A DNA stretch of 64,000 nucleotides, taken from Clostridia bacterium. Its GTDB lineage: Bacteria; Bacillota; Clostridia; Oscillospirales; QAKW01. Where the stretch lies: positions 19,497-83,496 of the forward strand of contig JAFZEA010000002.1 in assembly GCA_017560905.1 (NCBI GenBank), read 5' to 3'. The notes beneath the pieces are model-generated. The model saw nothing but the letters and a program-made list of their open reading frames with translations. It was not told where the DNA came from and made no database searches. A program made the position numbers and the translations under genes. This document shows, piece after piece, positions 1 through 8,605 of the stretch; the stretch's first letter is position 1, and each line of letters begins with the position of its first letter.

Positions 1-66
1 CCAATTAACTAATATAACATATTTTTTTAGGAATTTCTACATTTTTTTAAAAATAAACAGAAAATC

Positions 67-798
67 TCAAAAATACTCACTTTTTTCCATCAGATAGTTC
101 CATACGGCATCCTTGTCCGTTCTGTCAAGCTCCAGATAATTCTTGCCGCCCGCCTCGGAAATATCCTGCAAATAATGGGCATCGGAGTCATAGAGGAAAA
201 GACAGTCTTTTAGTTGCGGATGCGTTTGGATAAAATCGGCAGGAGCGTTTTTGGACAACTCAAAAATGCGGTATCCCAACGACAGATCGATAAATCCAAA
301 CACAGAAAGCATACTCTTGGTGCTTTTATCGATATGGGCAGGTATGGCGATACCGTTATAATTTGCAATCAAAGACGGCAGTGCATCGGCAGTAATGGTG
401 GTAGCGTTGATCAAATAACGCTCCTCCTCGCCGATGACCTGATCCTGTTCATCCATGAACTGCTGCTTGCCAAAAATATCCACTCGGTTTTTAATCGGCG
501 GCAAAGCAGGTGTGACCACTTCCCTGTCAAAACGGCGGGCATCCTCCAAATCTTTGAACAGACAAAGAATGTGAATTTCCTCCGCTGTTTCCAGCTCCAT
601 CGCCGCCAAGGCAATGATGCCTGCCTCCTCGGCCACCTTCAAAAAAGCATCTGCATTTCCGCAGGTATTGTGATCGGACAGGGCGATGGCCTCCAGTCCG
701 CCGAGAATGGACATATTGACGATATTATTAGGTGTCATATCGTCATCGCCGCAAGGCGACAGACAAGAGTGCATATGAAAATCGTAGTATACTCTCAC
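67..798 (-). CDS. PHP-domain metal-dependent phosphoesterase (last visible gene of hydrogenase-associated regulatory operon)
   Basis: 243-aa ORF with DFHMHSxLSPCG and LSDHNT motifs of the PHP fold. Its start overlaps the stop of the upstream DRTGG gene by 4 nt. Confidence 0.8.
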   Translation of the reverse strand: MRVYYDFHMHSCLSPCGDDDMTPNNIVNMSILGGLEAIALSDHNTCGNADAFLKVAEEAGIIALAAMELETAEEIHILCLFKDLEDARRFDREVVTPALPPIKNRVDIFGKQQFMDEQDQVIGEEERYLINATTITADALPSLIANYNGIAIPAHIDKSTKSMLSVFGFIDLSLGYRIFELSKNAPADFIQTHPQLKDCLFLYDSDAHYLQDISEAGGKNYLELDRTDKDAVWNYLMEKSEYF

Positions 799-1121
799 AG
801 CACTTTACCGATAGCAAGACAAGTTTCATAGGTCGGCTTGCTGCTGGAAAGGATGCTGACACCTTGATCCCGGGCTTTCTGTAGAGTGACCTCGTCAGGT
901 GTCACGCTCTCGCACAGTACCACGCAAGGAAGTTCCGCCATTACGGACACCGCAATAACGTTGACATTTGTCATCACGGTCACCAGTGCGGCGCCCTCCT
1001 CTGCTCTGCCGATGACCCAAGAAAGCAGGTCGCAGGCATACGCTCCTTTGATCGGAGCGGTCTCATCGGCGATATGTATCGGTGTAAAGCCGCAAGCGGC
1101 GGCCAATTCTGTAACGGTCAT
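795..1121 (-). CDS. DRTGG-domain protein
   Basis: 108-aa ORF with the CDLLSWV...VTVMTNVNVIAV pattern of small DRTGG proteins. Translationally coupled to the PHP gene. Confidence 0.65.
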   Translation of the reverse strand: MTVTELAAACGFTPIHIADETAPIKGAYACDLLSWVIGRAEEGAALVTVMTNVNVIAVSVMAELPCVVLCESVTPDEVTLQKARDQGVSILSSSKPTYETCLAIGKVL

Positions 1122-1131
1122 AATAACCTCT

Positions 1132-2400
1132 CTATTCGGTAAGATTTTCCATGATATTTTTTAACTTATTGCGCATAACGAATACGCAGTCAGCCTCTTT
1201 GGCATTGCCTGCCGCCACATCCTCCGCAAAGGCGTGGCAGGAAGGAGAGCCGCAAGCGGCACAGTCGATGCCGGGTAATATACTCTCTATACGCTGGATC
1301 TCGATGATCTTTTCCATTGCTTTTTTGCGGTCGGTATCAAGAACCATAATGGGAGCAGAGTCCTCTTTTTCGTCCCAGTCAAAGCTGTTTTCTTCCAGCC
1401 CGTAATCAGACAGCTTGCCGCCGGCAACGGGCAGATATTTTCTCAGTTGCCGTACCTTGGTGCGGGCGATAAAGGGATTCTCCATCGTCAGACAGCCACC
1501 CACGCATCCCGAAGGACAGGCGCCAAGTTCCACAAAATCAAGATCGGTCAGCTTTTCGTCTTCGATACTCTCAAGTATCTGTATAACGTTTTCAATAGAA
1601 TCTGCCGCCAGATATTTGGAGCGCAGAAGCGCTGTGGCTTCACCGCCGGTATAAGACCAGGAAATGCCCGTCAGACCACAGCTTTGCATGGACGGCGGAT
1701 TTTTGATCTTGCCCATAACGGACAGAAGATGCTTATAGATATCACTGATGGCCAGCACACCGTCAATGGTGATCTCACGAGTGCCGATAGGATTTTTGGC
1801 AGCGGTCACCTTGGCCGGACAGGGGGATATGAAGAAAATGCCGATTTCCTCGGGCTTGTATCCCGTCTTTTCCACCGCTTGTTTACGAGCGATCTTGGCC
1901 GCCACCTCTACGGGGGCGTTGACCTCCAGCAAATGATTCATAAGCTCGGGAAAGCGCACCTTGATCATACGAACGACAGCAGGGCAAGCTGTGGAGATCA
2001 ACGGTTTCGAGAAATCGTTTTTCTGCATTTTTTTACGGGTGATCTCGCTGACCAGTTCAGCGGCTTTTGCCACCTCAAAAATGTCGTCAAAGCCCAGCTC
2101 CAAAAGGCCTGCCAATATGTAATCAATATCATTGAGATTATTGAACTGACCGTACAGTGCAGGCGCGGGACTGGCCACAGTATAACGGTATTTTTTCAGC
2201 TCATCGAGGTGATCGTATATTGCTCTTTTTGCGTGATTGGGACAAACGCGGATACATTCGCCGCAATCAATACAACGCTCCGCAATAATATGCGCCTTGC
2301 CCTGCTTGACACGAATGGCCTCCGTGGGGCAACGCTTAACACAGTTAATGCATCCCTTACACTTGTCCTCATTCAGCGTAACAGAATGAAAATATTTCAT
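1132..2400 (-). CDS. [FeFe]-hydrogenase-like iron-sulfur protein (putative sensory/regulatory, not a standard catalytic HydA)
   Basis: 422 aa. Two N-terminal CxxCxxCxxxCP ferredoxin motifs. H-domain-like motifs TACP (for TSCCP), PCPAK and ELGACPSGCVGG. Extra C-terminal CAACGSPSC...C cysteine cluster. Confidence 0.8.
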   Translation of the reverse strand: MKYFHSVTLNEDKCKGCINCVKRCPTEAIRVKQGKAHIIAERCIDCGECIRVCPNHAKRAIYDHLDELKKYRYTVASPAPALYGQFNNLNDIDYILAGLLELGFDDIFEVAKAAELVSEITRKKMQKNDFSKPLISTACPAVVRMIKVRFPELMNHLLEVNAPVEVAAKIARKQAVEKTGYKPEEIGIFFISPCPAKVTAAKNPIGTREITIDGVLAISDIYKHLLSVMGKIKNPPSMQSCGLTGISWSYTGGEATALLRSKYLAADSIENVIQILESIEDEKLTDLDFVELGACPSGCVGGCLTMENPFIARTKVRQLRKYLPVAGGKLSDYGLEENSFDWDEKEDSAPIMVLDTDRKKAMEKIIEIQRIESILPGIDCAACGSPSCHAFAEDVAAGNAKEADCVFVMRNKLKNIMENLTE

Positions 2401-2409
2401 TATAAACTC

Positions 2410-2829
2410 CTAACAATTTATGGTGATCGTCAAAGTCGTACCGACACCGAGTTCGGTTTCGATCTCAAGATCGTCGGAATATTTCTTGATATTGGGCAAA
2501 CCCATACCGGCGCCAAAACCGAGAGAACGCACGTCGTCAGGCGCGGTGGAATACCCTTCCTGCATCGCCAGATCGATGTTAGGAATACCCGGTCCCTTAT
2601 CCGCCAATACAATGACAATCTTATCCGGGCAAATTTCCACATCTACCGTGCCTCCGTGGGCGTGAATGACCATATTGATCTCCGCCTCATACATCGCAAT
2701 CGCCACGCGGCGCACGGTATCTCCCGGAAAACCCATTTTTTTAAGGGTGGTTTTTACGGCGGTGGAGGCTTCTCCGGCAGAAACAAAATTCTCCCCGTCT
2801 ACATTAAAAGAAAGTTTGATCGGTTCCAT
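2410..2829 (-). CDS. GHKL/HATPase_c anti-sigma-factor-like Ser/Thr kinase
   Basis: 139 aa, the size of RsbW/SpoIIAB. N-box-like YEAEINMVIHA and G-boxes DKGPGI and GFGAGMGL. Confidence 0.75.
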   Translation of the reverse strand: MEPIKLSFNVDGENFVSAGEASTAVKTTLKKMGFPGDTVRRVAIAMYEAEINMVIHAHGGTVDVEICPDKIVIVLADKGPGIPNIDLAMQEGYSTAPDDVRSLGFGAGMGLPNIKKYSDDLEIETELGVGTTLTITINC

Positions 2830-3183
2830 TTACTGTTCACTGCCCTCCGTATAAAGTCCGGCATTATACAGTTTGCCGCAAGCCTGATACATACGGTTTT
2901 CCGTACTCATCAGCACAATGCCGCTCTGTCCTGCCAGTTCTATGGTATTGGCATCCGGCACCTTGCCGCGAACAAAAACAATACATTTCATATCCATCAT
3001 CATAGCTGTACGCACCGTTTGTAAATTGAGCAGACCTGTCAGCAATACCGCCTGATCTTTGACAAAAGCCAATACATCGCTCATCATATCCGAGCCGCAG
3101 GCTGACGACACTTCCTGATCAAGGTGTTCCTGACCGCAATGTACTTTTGCATCTAAAAGTTGCTGAATTTCGCTGATTTTCAC
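2830..3183 (-). CDS. DRTGG-domain protein (first gene of operon)
   Basis: 117 aa, GSDMMSDVLAF...LLTGLLNLQTVRTA pattern. Its stop abuts the start of the kinase-like gene. Confidence 0.7.
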   Translation of the reverse strand: MKISEIQQLLDAKVHCGQEHLDQEVSSACGSDMMSDVLAFVKDQAVLLTGLLNLQTVRTAMMMDMKCIVFVRGKVPDANTIELAGQSGIVLMSTENRMYQACGKLYNAGLYTEGSEQ

Positions 3184-3266
3184 GGTATTATCTCCTTAAT
3201 GTTTTTTGTTTGATTTAATTGTAGCATATTATGTATAATGTTTCAAGATTTTATTCAATTTAATTA

Positions 3267-3294
3267 TTGACATAGAAGCCAAAAGTGATATAAT
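3267..3294 (+). promoter_or_regulatory. sigma-A type promoter for serC-serA
   Basis: TTGACA (3267..3272), 16-nt spacer, TGaTATAAT extended -10 (3286..3294), about 35 nt upstream of the serC ATG. Confidence 0.5.
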
Positions 3295-3328
3295 ACAGTT
3301 AACATTTATAAATGAAAGGTGTTTAGTA

Positions 3329-4408
3329 ATGAGAGTTTACAATTTTTCCGCCGGCCCCTCTGTGTTGCCGGAAGCCGTTTTGAAAAGAGCACAGGATGAA
3401 ATGCTTTGCTATAAGAACAGTGGTCAGTCCGTCATGGAAATGAGTCACCGATCTAAGGAGTACGGCGAGATTATTGCCTCCGCCGAGGCACTGCTCAGAA
3501 AGATTATGAACATTCCCGAAAATTATAAAGTCCTCTTTTTGCAGGGCGGTGCCTCCAGCCAGTTTGCTATGGTTCCCCTCAATCTGATGACCAAGAATAA
3601 AAAGGCTGATTATGTTGTAACCGGCGCCTGGGCAAAAAAAGCCTACAAGGAAGCCTGCCGTTACGGCGAATGCAGAGTGGTCGCCTCTTCCGAAGACAAG
3701 ACCTTCAGCTATATTCCCGAACTTGATGCTTCCACTTTTGACAAGGATGCCGATTTCTTCCACATCTGTATGAACAACACCATCTACGGCACCAAGTTCC
3801 CCCGTCTGCCCGAAACCGGTGACGTTCCGCTGGTAGCCGATATGTCTTCTTGCATCCTCAGTGAGCCTGTAGACGTTTCCAAGTTCGGTGTTATCTATGC
3901 AGGCGCACAGAAAAATATGGCTCCCGCAGGTCTGACCGTAGTTATCATCCGTGAAGATCTGATCGGCGAACCACAGGACATCACCCCCACCATGTTCCGC
4001 TACAGCACCCACGCTGAGAACGATTCCATGTTCAATACTCCTCCCTGCTACTGCATTTATGTACTGGGTCTGGTACTGGAGTGGCTGGACTCTCTGGGCG
4101 GTCTGGAAGAGATGAAAAAGATTAACGAAAAGAAAGCTGCTATGCTTTATGATTATCTCGACTCCTCCGCTATGTTCAGTGCTACCGTACAGGGTGACAG
4201 TCGTTCTCTGATGAACATTCCCTTTGTTACCGGTGATGCGGATCTCGACAAAAAGTTTATTGCCGCCGCTACAGCCGCCGGTTTTGTCAACCTCAAGGGT
4301 CACCGTTCGGTAGGCGGTATGCGTGCCAGCATCTACAATGCTATGCCCGTAGAAGGTGTGGAAGCCCTGGTTGAATTCATGAAGAAATTTGAAAAGGAAA
4401 ATGCATAA
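3329..4408 (+). CDS. serC: phosphoserine aminotransferase
   Basis: 359 aa with a full-length class-V aminotransferase SerC pattern (FSAGPS..., HRSKEY, GGASSQF). Stop overlaps the serA ATG. Confidence 0.95.
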   Translation: MRVYNFSAGPSVLPEAVLKRAQDEMLCYKNSGQSVMEMSHRSKEYGEIIASAEALLRKIMNIPENYKVLFLQGGASSQFAMVPLNLMTKNKKADYVVTGAWAKKAYKEACRYGECRVVASSEDKTFSYIPELDASTFDKDADFFHICMNNTIYGTKFPRLPETGDVPLVADMSSCILSEPVDVSKFGVIYAGAQKNMAPAGLTVVIIREDLIGEPQDITPTMFRYSTHAENDSMFNTPPCYCIYVLGLVLEWLDSLGGLEEMKKINEKKAAMLYDYLDSSAMFSATVQGDSRSLMNIPFVTGDADLDKKFIAAATAAGFVNLKGHRSVGGMRASIYNAMPVEGVEALVEFMKKFEKENA

Positions 4409-5556
4409 TGAATATTCTGACTTTAAATAAGATCTCCAAAATCGGCACCGATCGTCTGACGGCCGATTATACCGTAGGCGATGACGTACAGAACCCCGAA
4501 GGTATTCTGGTACGCAGCGCCGCCATGCACGACTATGTTATGCCCGACAGCCTGTTGGCTATTGCCAGAGCAGGCGCCGGTGTTAACAACATTCCTGTAG
4601 ATGCTTGCGCACAAAAGGGTATTGTAGTTTTCAACACTCCCGGTGCCAATGCCAACGCCGTTAAAGAGCTTGCCATTGCCGCTTTGCTGCTCGGCTCCCG
4701 TGATATCGTTGGCGGTGTAAAGTGGGCAGAAGGCCTGACCGGCGACGATGTTGCAAAGCAAGTCGAAAAGGGCAAGAGCCAGTTTGTCGGTCCCGAAATC
4801 ACAGGTAAAAAGTTGGGTGTTATCGGTCTGGGTGCCATCGGTGTTATGGTCGCTAATGCTGCCGTGGCACTGGGTATGAAGGTATACGGTCAGGACCCCT
4901 ATCTGTCCATTAAATCCGCTTGGAATCTGTCCAACAACGTACAGATGGCCACACTGGCAGAGATCTACACCGAGTGTGACTACATCAGCATTCACGCTCC
5001 CCTCACCCCCGATACCAAAGAGTTTATCAACAAAACCAGTATCGCACTGATGAAGGACGGTGTCCGCATTCTCAACCTCGCCCGCGGCGGTCTTGTCAAC
5101 AATGCCGATATGGCACAGGCGCTGGAAGACGGCAAAGTTGCCAAGTACGTCACCGACTTCCCCGATGCCGAAACACTTAAGATGAAAAACGTCGTTTGCA
5201 TCCCCCATTTGGGTGCCTCCACTCCCGAGAGCGAGGACAACTGCGCTGTTATGGCAGTTGACCAAATCAAAGAGTATCTGGAGCACGGCAACATCATCAA
5301 CTCCGTCAACTTCCCCAACACCGAGATGGCGCGCAGCGGCAAAACCAGAATCTGCATCATTCACAAAAACATTCCCGCCATTCTCTCCAACATCTCTGCC
5401 GAGATTGCTTCTGAAAATATCAACATTGAAAATATGATCAATAAATCCAAAGGTGACTTTGCTTACACCATCGTAGACTGCAACAGCGATGTAAACGACG
5501 TCAATGTTCAGAACATCAGCGCCATCGAGGGTGTTATTCGCGTAAGAATCCTGTAA
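4408..5556 (+). CDS. serA: D-3-phosphoglycerate dehydrogenase
   Basis: 382 aa. NAD fold GVIGLGAIG, 2-hydroxyacid dehydrogenase core, C-terminal ACT-like domain. Coupled to serC. Confidence 0.93.
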   Translation: MNILTLNKISKIGTDRLTADYTVGDDVQNPEGILVRSAAMHDYVMPDSLLAIARAGAGVNNIPVDACAQKGIVVFNTPGANANAVKELAIAALLLGSRDIVGGVKWAEGLTGDDVAKQVEKGKSQFVGPEITGKKLGVIGLGAIGVMVANAAVALGMKVYGQDPYLSIKSAWNLSNNVQMATLAEIYTECDYISIHAPLTPDTKEFINKTSIALMKDGVRILNLARGGLVNNADMAQALEDGKVAKYVTDFPDAETLKMKNVVCIPHLGASTPESEDNCAVMAVDQIKEYLEHGNIINSVNFPNTEMARSGKTRICIIHKNIPAILSNISAEIASENINIENMINKSKGDFAYTIVDCNSDVNDVNVQNISAIEGVIRVRIL

Positions 5557-5600
5557 ATCAAACGCAAAAAGCCGCTCGACAAATTAACAAAAATATAAGG

Positions 5601-5640
5601 AAAATACCATATTTCACTCAAAATATGGTATTTTTCTATT
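5601..5640 (+). terminator. AT-rich hairpin, probable serA terminator (member of a recurrent hairpin, see 58151)
   Basis: aaaataccatattt / aaatatggtatttt form a 14-bp stem with a 6-nt loop, followed by tctatttt. Confidence 0.45.
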
Positions 5641-5698
5641 TTGAAAACCTTTTGCTGCCTGAAAACATTTTTTCTTTCCCCTGAAAAGGCGCTGTCTT

Positions 5699-5727
5699 TT
5701 CACATTTCTCTCTTTGCATAATATAAT
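5699..5727 (+). promoter_or_regulatory. candidate promoter of mecA-like gene
   Basis: TTCACA, 17 nt, TATAAT (5722..5727). Confidence 0.4.
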
Positions 5728-5752
5728 GAAAGAGTAAGTGGGGTATGAAAAT

Positions 5753-6304
5753 ATGATCATCAAAAAGATCTCTGATGACCAAGTCAAGGTGCTTATTGAA
5801 TCCACCGATGTCAACCGATATCGCATTCCCTATCACAAACTGAGTCTGCAGGACGACGAAAGCATGGATTTTTTGTATCACCTGCTTTTTTTAATCTTCG
5901 AAGAAACGGGTGTATCCTTTCTTGAAAATGCGGTCACGGTAGAAGCCAGGCTTGCTACGGGCGGCAACTATTTTATCACCTTCACACGAAGCGAAGACGA
6001 GGAAGGAATGCTCCTGCAAAAAGAAGAGCAAAGCGAAGCATTGTATATATTCTCCCCTGAACATATCGAAGATATTGCGGGATTTGTCACCGCCTTGCGG
6101 CGTATGCCGACACTTCCCTCCCGCTGTGCACTCTACAAATGGAACCGCGAATATTATATACTGCTCGAATATCCCGATGAGCCGTTTAAAAGCAACGCGC
6201 TTACACAGCTCAACGAATATGCCTCTCTTTGCAGAGATTCCTCGTTGCTGGAAGGCATACTCTGTGAACGAGGGCAACTCATTTGTCCTGCATTACCGCT
6301 TTAA
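5753..6304 (+). CDS. mecA: MecA-like adaptor protein
   Basis: The N-terminus MIIKKISDDQVKVLIESTDV... resembles MecA/competence negative regulator adaptors. ATG 5753 is preferred over GTG 5738. Confidence 0.7.
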   Translation: MIIKKISDDQVKVLIESTDVNRYRIPYHKLSLQDDESMDFLYHLLFLIFEETGVSFLENAVTVEARLATGGNYFITFTRSEDEEGMLLQKEEQSEALYIFSPEHIEDIAGFVTALRRMPTLPSRCALYKWNREYYILLEYPDEPFKSNALTQLNEYASLCRDSSLLEGILCERGQLICPALPL

Positions 6305-6368
6305 AAACTGTGAATAAATACATTTCTTTCGGCAACACTATAGACAAATCACAAAAAGGAGTGTACGT

Positions 6369-6590
6369 ATGAACAAGTTATCTTTGGTGCTTATCATCAT
6401 CGGAGCCATTAACTGGGGTCTGGTAGGATTGTTTAACTTTGATCTGGTCGGATTCATTTTCGGCGGAACCGATTCCTTGATCAGTCGCATCATTTTTACC
6501 GTAGTAGGACTTGCCGGCTTGTGGGCGATTTCAATTTTGTTTCAGAAGATTGTTCCGGCCAACCACCGAAGCATTGAATCAGACGATTAA
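6369..6590 (+). CDS. DUF378-family small membrane protein
   Basis: 73 aa, IGAINWGLVGLFNFDLV signature, two TM helices, RBS aaaggag. Confidence 0.75.
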   Translation: MNKLSLVLIIIGAINWGLVGLFNFDLVGFIFGGTDSLISRIIFTVVGLAGLWAISILFQKIVPANHRSIESDD

Positions 6591-6607
6591 TTTCCCCTAT
6601 AAGCCTT

Positions 6608-6644
6608 CATTTTGCGGAAAAATACTGTATTTTTCCGCAAAATG
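6608..6644. terminator. hairpin after DUF378 gene (weak/bidirectional terminator candidate)
   Basis: cattttgcggaaaaat / atttttccgcaaaatg form a 16-bp stem. There is no clean downstream T-run on the + strand. Confidence 0.35.
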
Positions 6645-6667
6645 AACTAAAAATATTAAAAAATGTA

Positions 6668-6697
6668 TTGACATTGTGCATTTTATTTTAATATAAT
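6668..6697 (+). promoter_or_regulatory. candidate sigma-A promoter
   Basis: TTGACA (6668..6673), 18 nt, TATAAT (6692..6697). Confidence 0.45.
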
Positions 6698-6730
6698 ATA
6701 ATTACATATAAAAATAGGGGGTTACATAAA

Positions 6731-6952
6731 ATGGCAGATTTCACTTATGAAGTCAAGGAAACCTTTGGTACATTGATTGAGGGTCCTAACGGTTGGGCAA
6801 AAGAACTCAAGCTCATCAGCTGGGCCGGCCGCGATCCCAAGTACGATATTCGCGATTGGTCTCCCGACGGAACCAAAATGAACAAAGGTCTCACCTTTAC
6901 AAAAGAAGAGATCGTTGCACTGCGCGACTTACTCAATTCCATCGAACTTTAA
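6731..6952 (+). CDS. YdbC/PC4-like small ssDNA-binding protein
   Basis: 73 aa. The pattern ...GWAKELKLISWAGRDPKYDIRDWSPDG... matches the bacterial PC4-like (YdbC) family from memory. Confidence 0.65.
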   Translation: MADFTYEVKETFGTLIEGPNGWAKELKLISWAGRDPKYDIRDWSPDGTKMNKGLTFTKEEIVALRDLLNSIEL

Positions 6953-6959
6953 AACCTTT

Positions 6960-6988
6960 GAGGGAAACTTAAGTTTCCCTCATTTTTT
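6960..6988 (+). terminator. intrinsic terminator
   Basis: gagggaaac / gtttccctc stem followed by TTTTTT. Confidence 0.7.
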
Positions 6989-7003
6989 CTGGAGGAATAT
7001 ACA

Positions 7004-8380
7004 ATGCAACGCGAAAAATTCACCTCCCGCCTCGGCTTCATTCTGATCTCTGCGGGTTGCGCCATAGGACTTGGTAATGTTTGGCGTTTTCCTTATATCG
7101 TGGGCCAGTACGGCGGAGCTACTTTTATTCTGATTTACTTACTGTTTTTGTTGATTTTCGGCCTTCCCATCATGACGATGGAATTTTCCGTAGGCCGCGG
7201 CAGTCAAAAAAGTATTATGACCTCTTTTGCGGTGCTGGAGCCCAAGGGCACCAAATGGCACGCTTTCGGCTGGGTAGGTCTGATCGGCAACTATCTTCTG
7301 ATGATGTTTTACACCACAGTCAGCGGTTGGATGTTTGCCTATGTGGTCAAGATGATCAAGGGCAACTTTTCGGGCCTTGAACCCACAGCCATCAGCGCAC
7401 AGTTTTCAGAACTCACCGCCAATCCTTGGATTATGGCAGGCTATATGCTGCTGGTCGTCGTAGTGGGATTTTTGATCTGTTCACTGGGCCTTGAAAAGGG
7501 TGTGGAACGAATCACAAAGGTTATGATGCTGGCACTGCTCGGTATCATCGTCATACTTGCCGTGCGCGCCGTCACTTTGCCCGGTGCCGCAGAGGGCATC
7601 AAGTATTACCTGCTCCCCAACCTCGACGGTATCAAAGAGCACGGCTGGGGCGAGGTCATTTTCGCCGCACTGGGACAAGCCTTCTTTACGCTGTCCATCG
7701 GCATGGGCAGTATGGCCATTTTCGGCAGCTATATCGGCAAAAATCGCCGTCTGATGGGAGAATCGATATCCGTAGCCGCGCTGGACACCTTTGTGGCATT
7801 TATGGCCGGCATGATCATCATTCCCGCCTGCTTTGCCTACGGTATCAATCCCAGCTCCGGTCCCGGACTGGTATTTGAAACCTTGCCCAATATTTTCAAC
7901 GCTATGCCTATGGGACGTTTGTGGGGCGCACTGTTCTTTGTATTCATGGTCTTTGCCGCCATGTCCACCGTTATCGCCGTATTCGAAAACATTATCTCCT
8001 GCGGTTGCGACAAATGGGGCTGGAGCCGCAAAAAATCCTGCCTGATCAACGGCGTGCTGATTCTTGTGCTCTCTCTTCCCTGCGTGTTGGGATTCAACGT
8101 ATGGTCAAATTTTGCACCTCTTGGAGAAGGCACCAACATCATGGATCTGGAAGACTTTATTATCAGCAACAATATTTTGCCGCTGGGATGTGTGGTTTAT
8201 GTACTGTTCTGCACTCTCAGTAAAAAAGGTTGGGGATACAAGAAATTCATCAACGAAGCCAACTCCGGAACGGGCGCCAAGTTCCCCACCGGCCAATGGA
8301 TGTACATCTATGCCAAATGGATCCTGCCAGTTTTGCTCATCATTTTCTGGGCGCAGGGTATTATTTCCAAATTCTTTTAA
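7004..8380 (+). CDS. sodium-dependent transporter, SNF (neurotransmitter:sodium symporter) family
   Basis: 458 aa, about 11-12 TM helices, GLGNVWRFPY signature. Confidence 0.9.
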   Translation: MQREKFTSRLGFILISAGCAIGLGNVWRFPYIVGQYGGATFILIYLLFLLIFGLPIMTMEFSVGRGSQKSIMTSFAVLEPKGTKWHAFGWVGLIGNYLLMMFYTTVSGWMFAYVVKMIKGNFSGLEPTAISAQFSELTANPWIMAGYMLLVVVVGFLICSLGLEKGVERITKVMMLALLGIIVILAVRAVTLPGAAEGIKYYLLPNLDGIKEHGWGEVIFAALGQAFFTLSIGMGSMAIFGSYIGKNRRLMGESISVAALDTFVAFMAGMIIIPACFAYGINPSSGPGLVFETLPNIFNAMPMGRLWGALFFVFMVFAAMSTVIAVFENIISCGCDKWGWSRKKSCLINGVLILVLSLPCVLGFNVWSNFAPLGEGTNIMDLEDFIISNNILPLGCVVYVLFCTLSKKGWGYKKFINEANSGTGAKFPTGQWMYIYAKWILPVLLIIFWAQGIISKFF

Positions 8381-8413
8381 AATACACTCCGGATTTTTCC
8401 GGAGTGTATTTTA

Positions 8414-8441
8414 TTGACAAACAAAAACTGCGTGATATAAT
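8414..8441 (+). promoter_or_regulatory. sigma-A promoter of the THF riboswitch-folT unit
   Basis: TTGACA (8414..8419), 16 nt, TATAAT (8436..8441), 9 nt before the riboswitch. Confidence 0.55.
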
Positions 8442-8450
8442 AATATTGAA

Positions 8451-8550
8451 GCAGAGTAGACGGACAGGCGTTAAGTGGTTTTGGGACGGGGAGTTGCCCG
8501 AAACACGAAAAGTTTTTTGAACTTGCGGTTTGTCCATCGCATCCCGCTGC
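8451..8550 (+). promoter_or_regulatory. THF (tetrahydrofolate) riboswitch, folT motif
   Basis: GCAGAGTAGACGGACAGGCGTTAAGTG ... GCGGTTTGTCCATCGCATCCCGCTGC matches the conserved THF-I core and P1/P2 pairing as remembered from the Eubacterium siraeum crystal construct. It lies directly upstream of folT. Confidence 0.85.
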
Positions 8551-8605
8551 GTTGTATAGTGGATCTCTACAACCAACGGAAATCATAAAAAAGGAGGAGT
8601 CTACT

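Noticed and set aside
1447-3024. Very long ORFs antisense to well-supported genes. Examples:
- 1447..3024 (+)
- 3323..4303 (-)
- 4423..5364 (-)
- 9486..10496 (+)
- 10870..12105 (+)
- 25819..27150 (+)
- 27210..29000 (+)
- 29399..30613 (+)
- 34797..35807 (+)
- 39005..40018 (+)
- 45067..46062 (-)
- 50082..51533 (+)
- 53818..55056 (-)
- 61024..62223 (+)
   Set aside because: Each lies opposite a gene with unmistakable family motifs (dnaK, dnaJ, serC, serA, galT, dnaG and so on). They have low-complexity, Arg/Gly/His-rich translations and no RBS, and they span several opposite-strand genes. These are typical shadow ORFs produced by codon bias.
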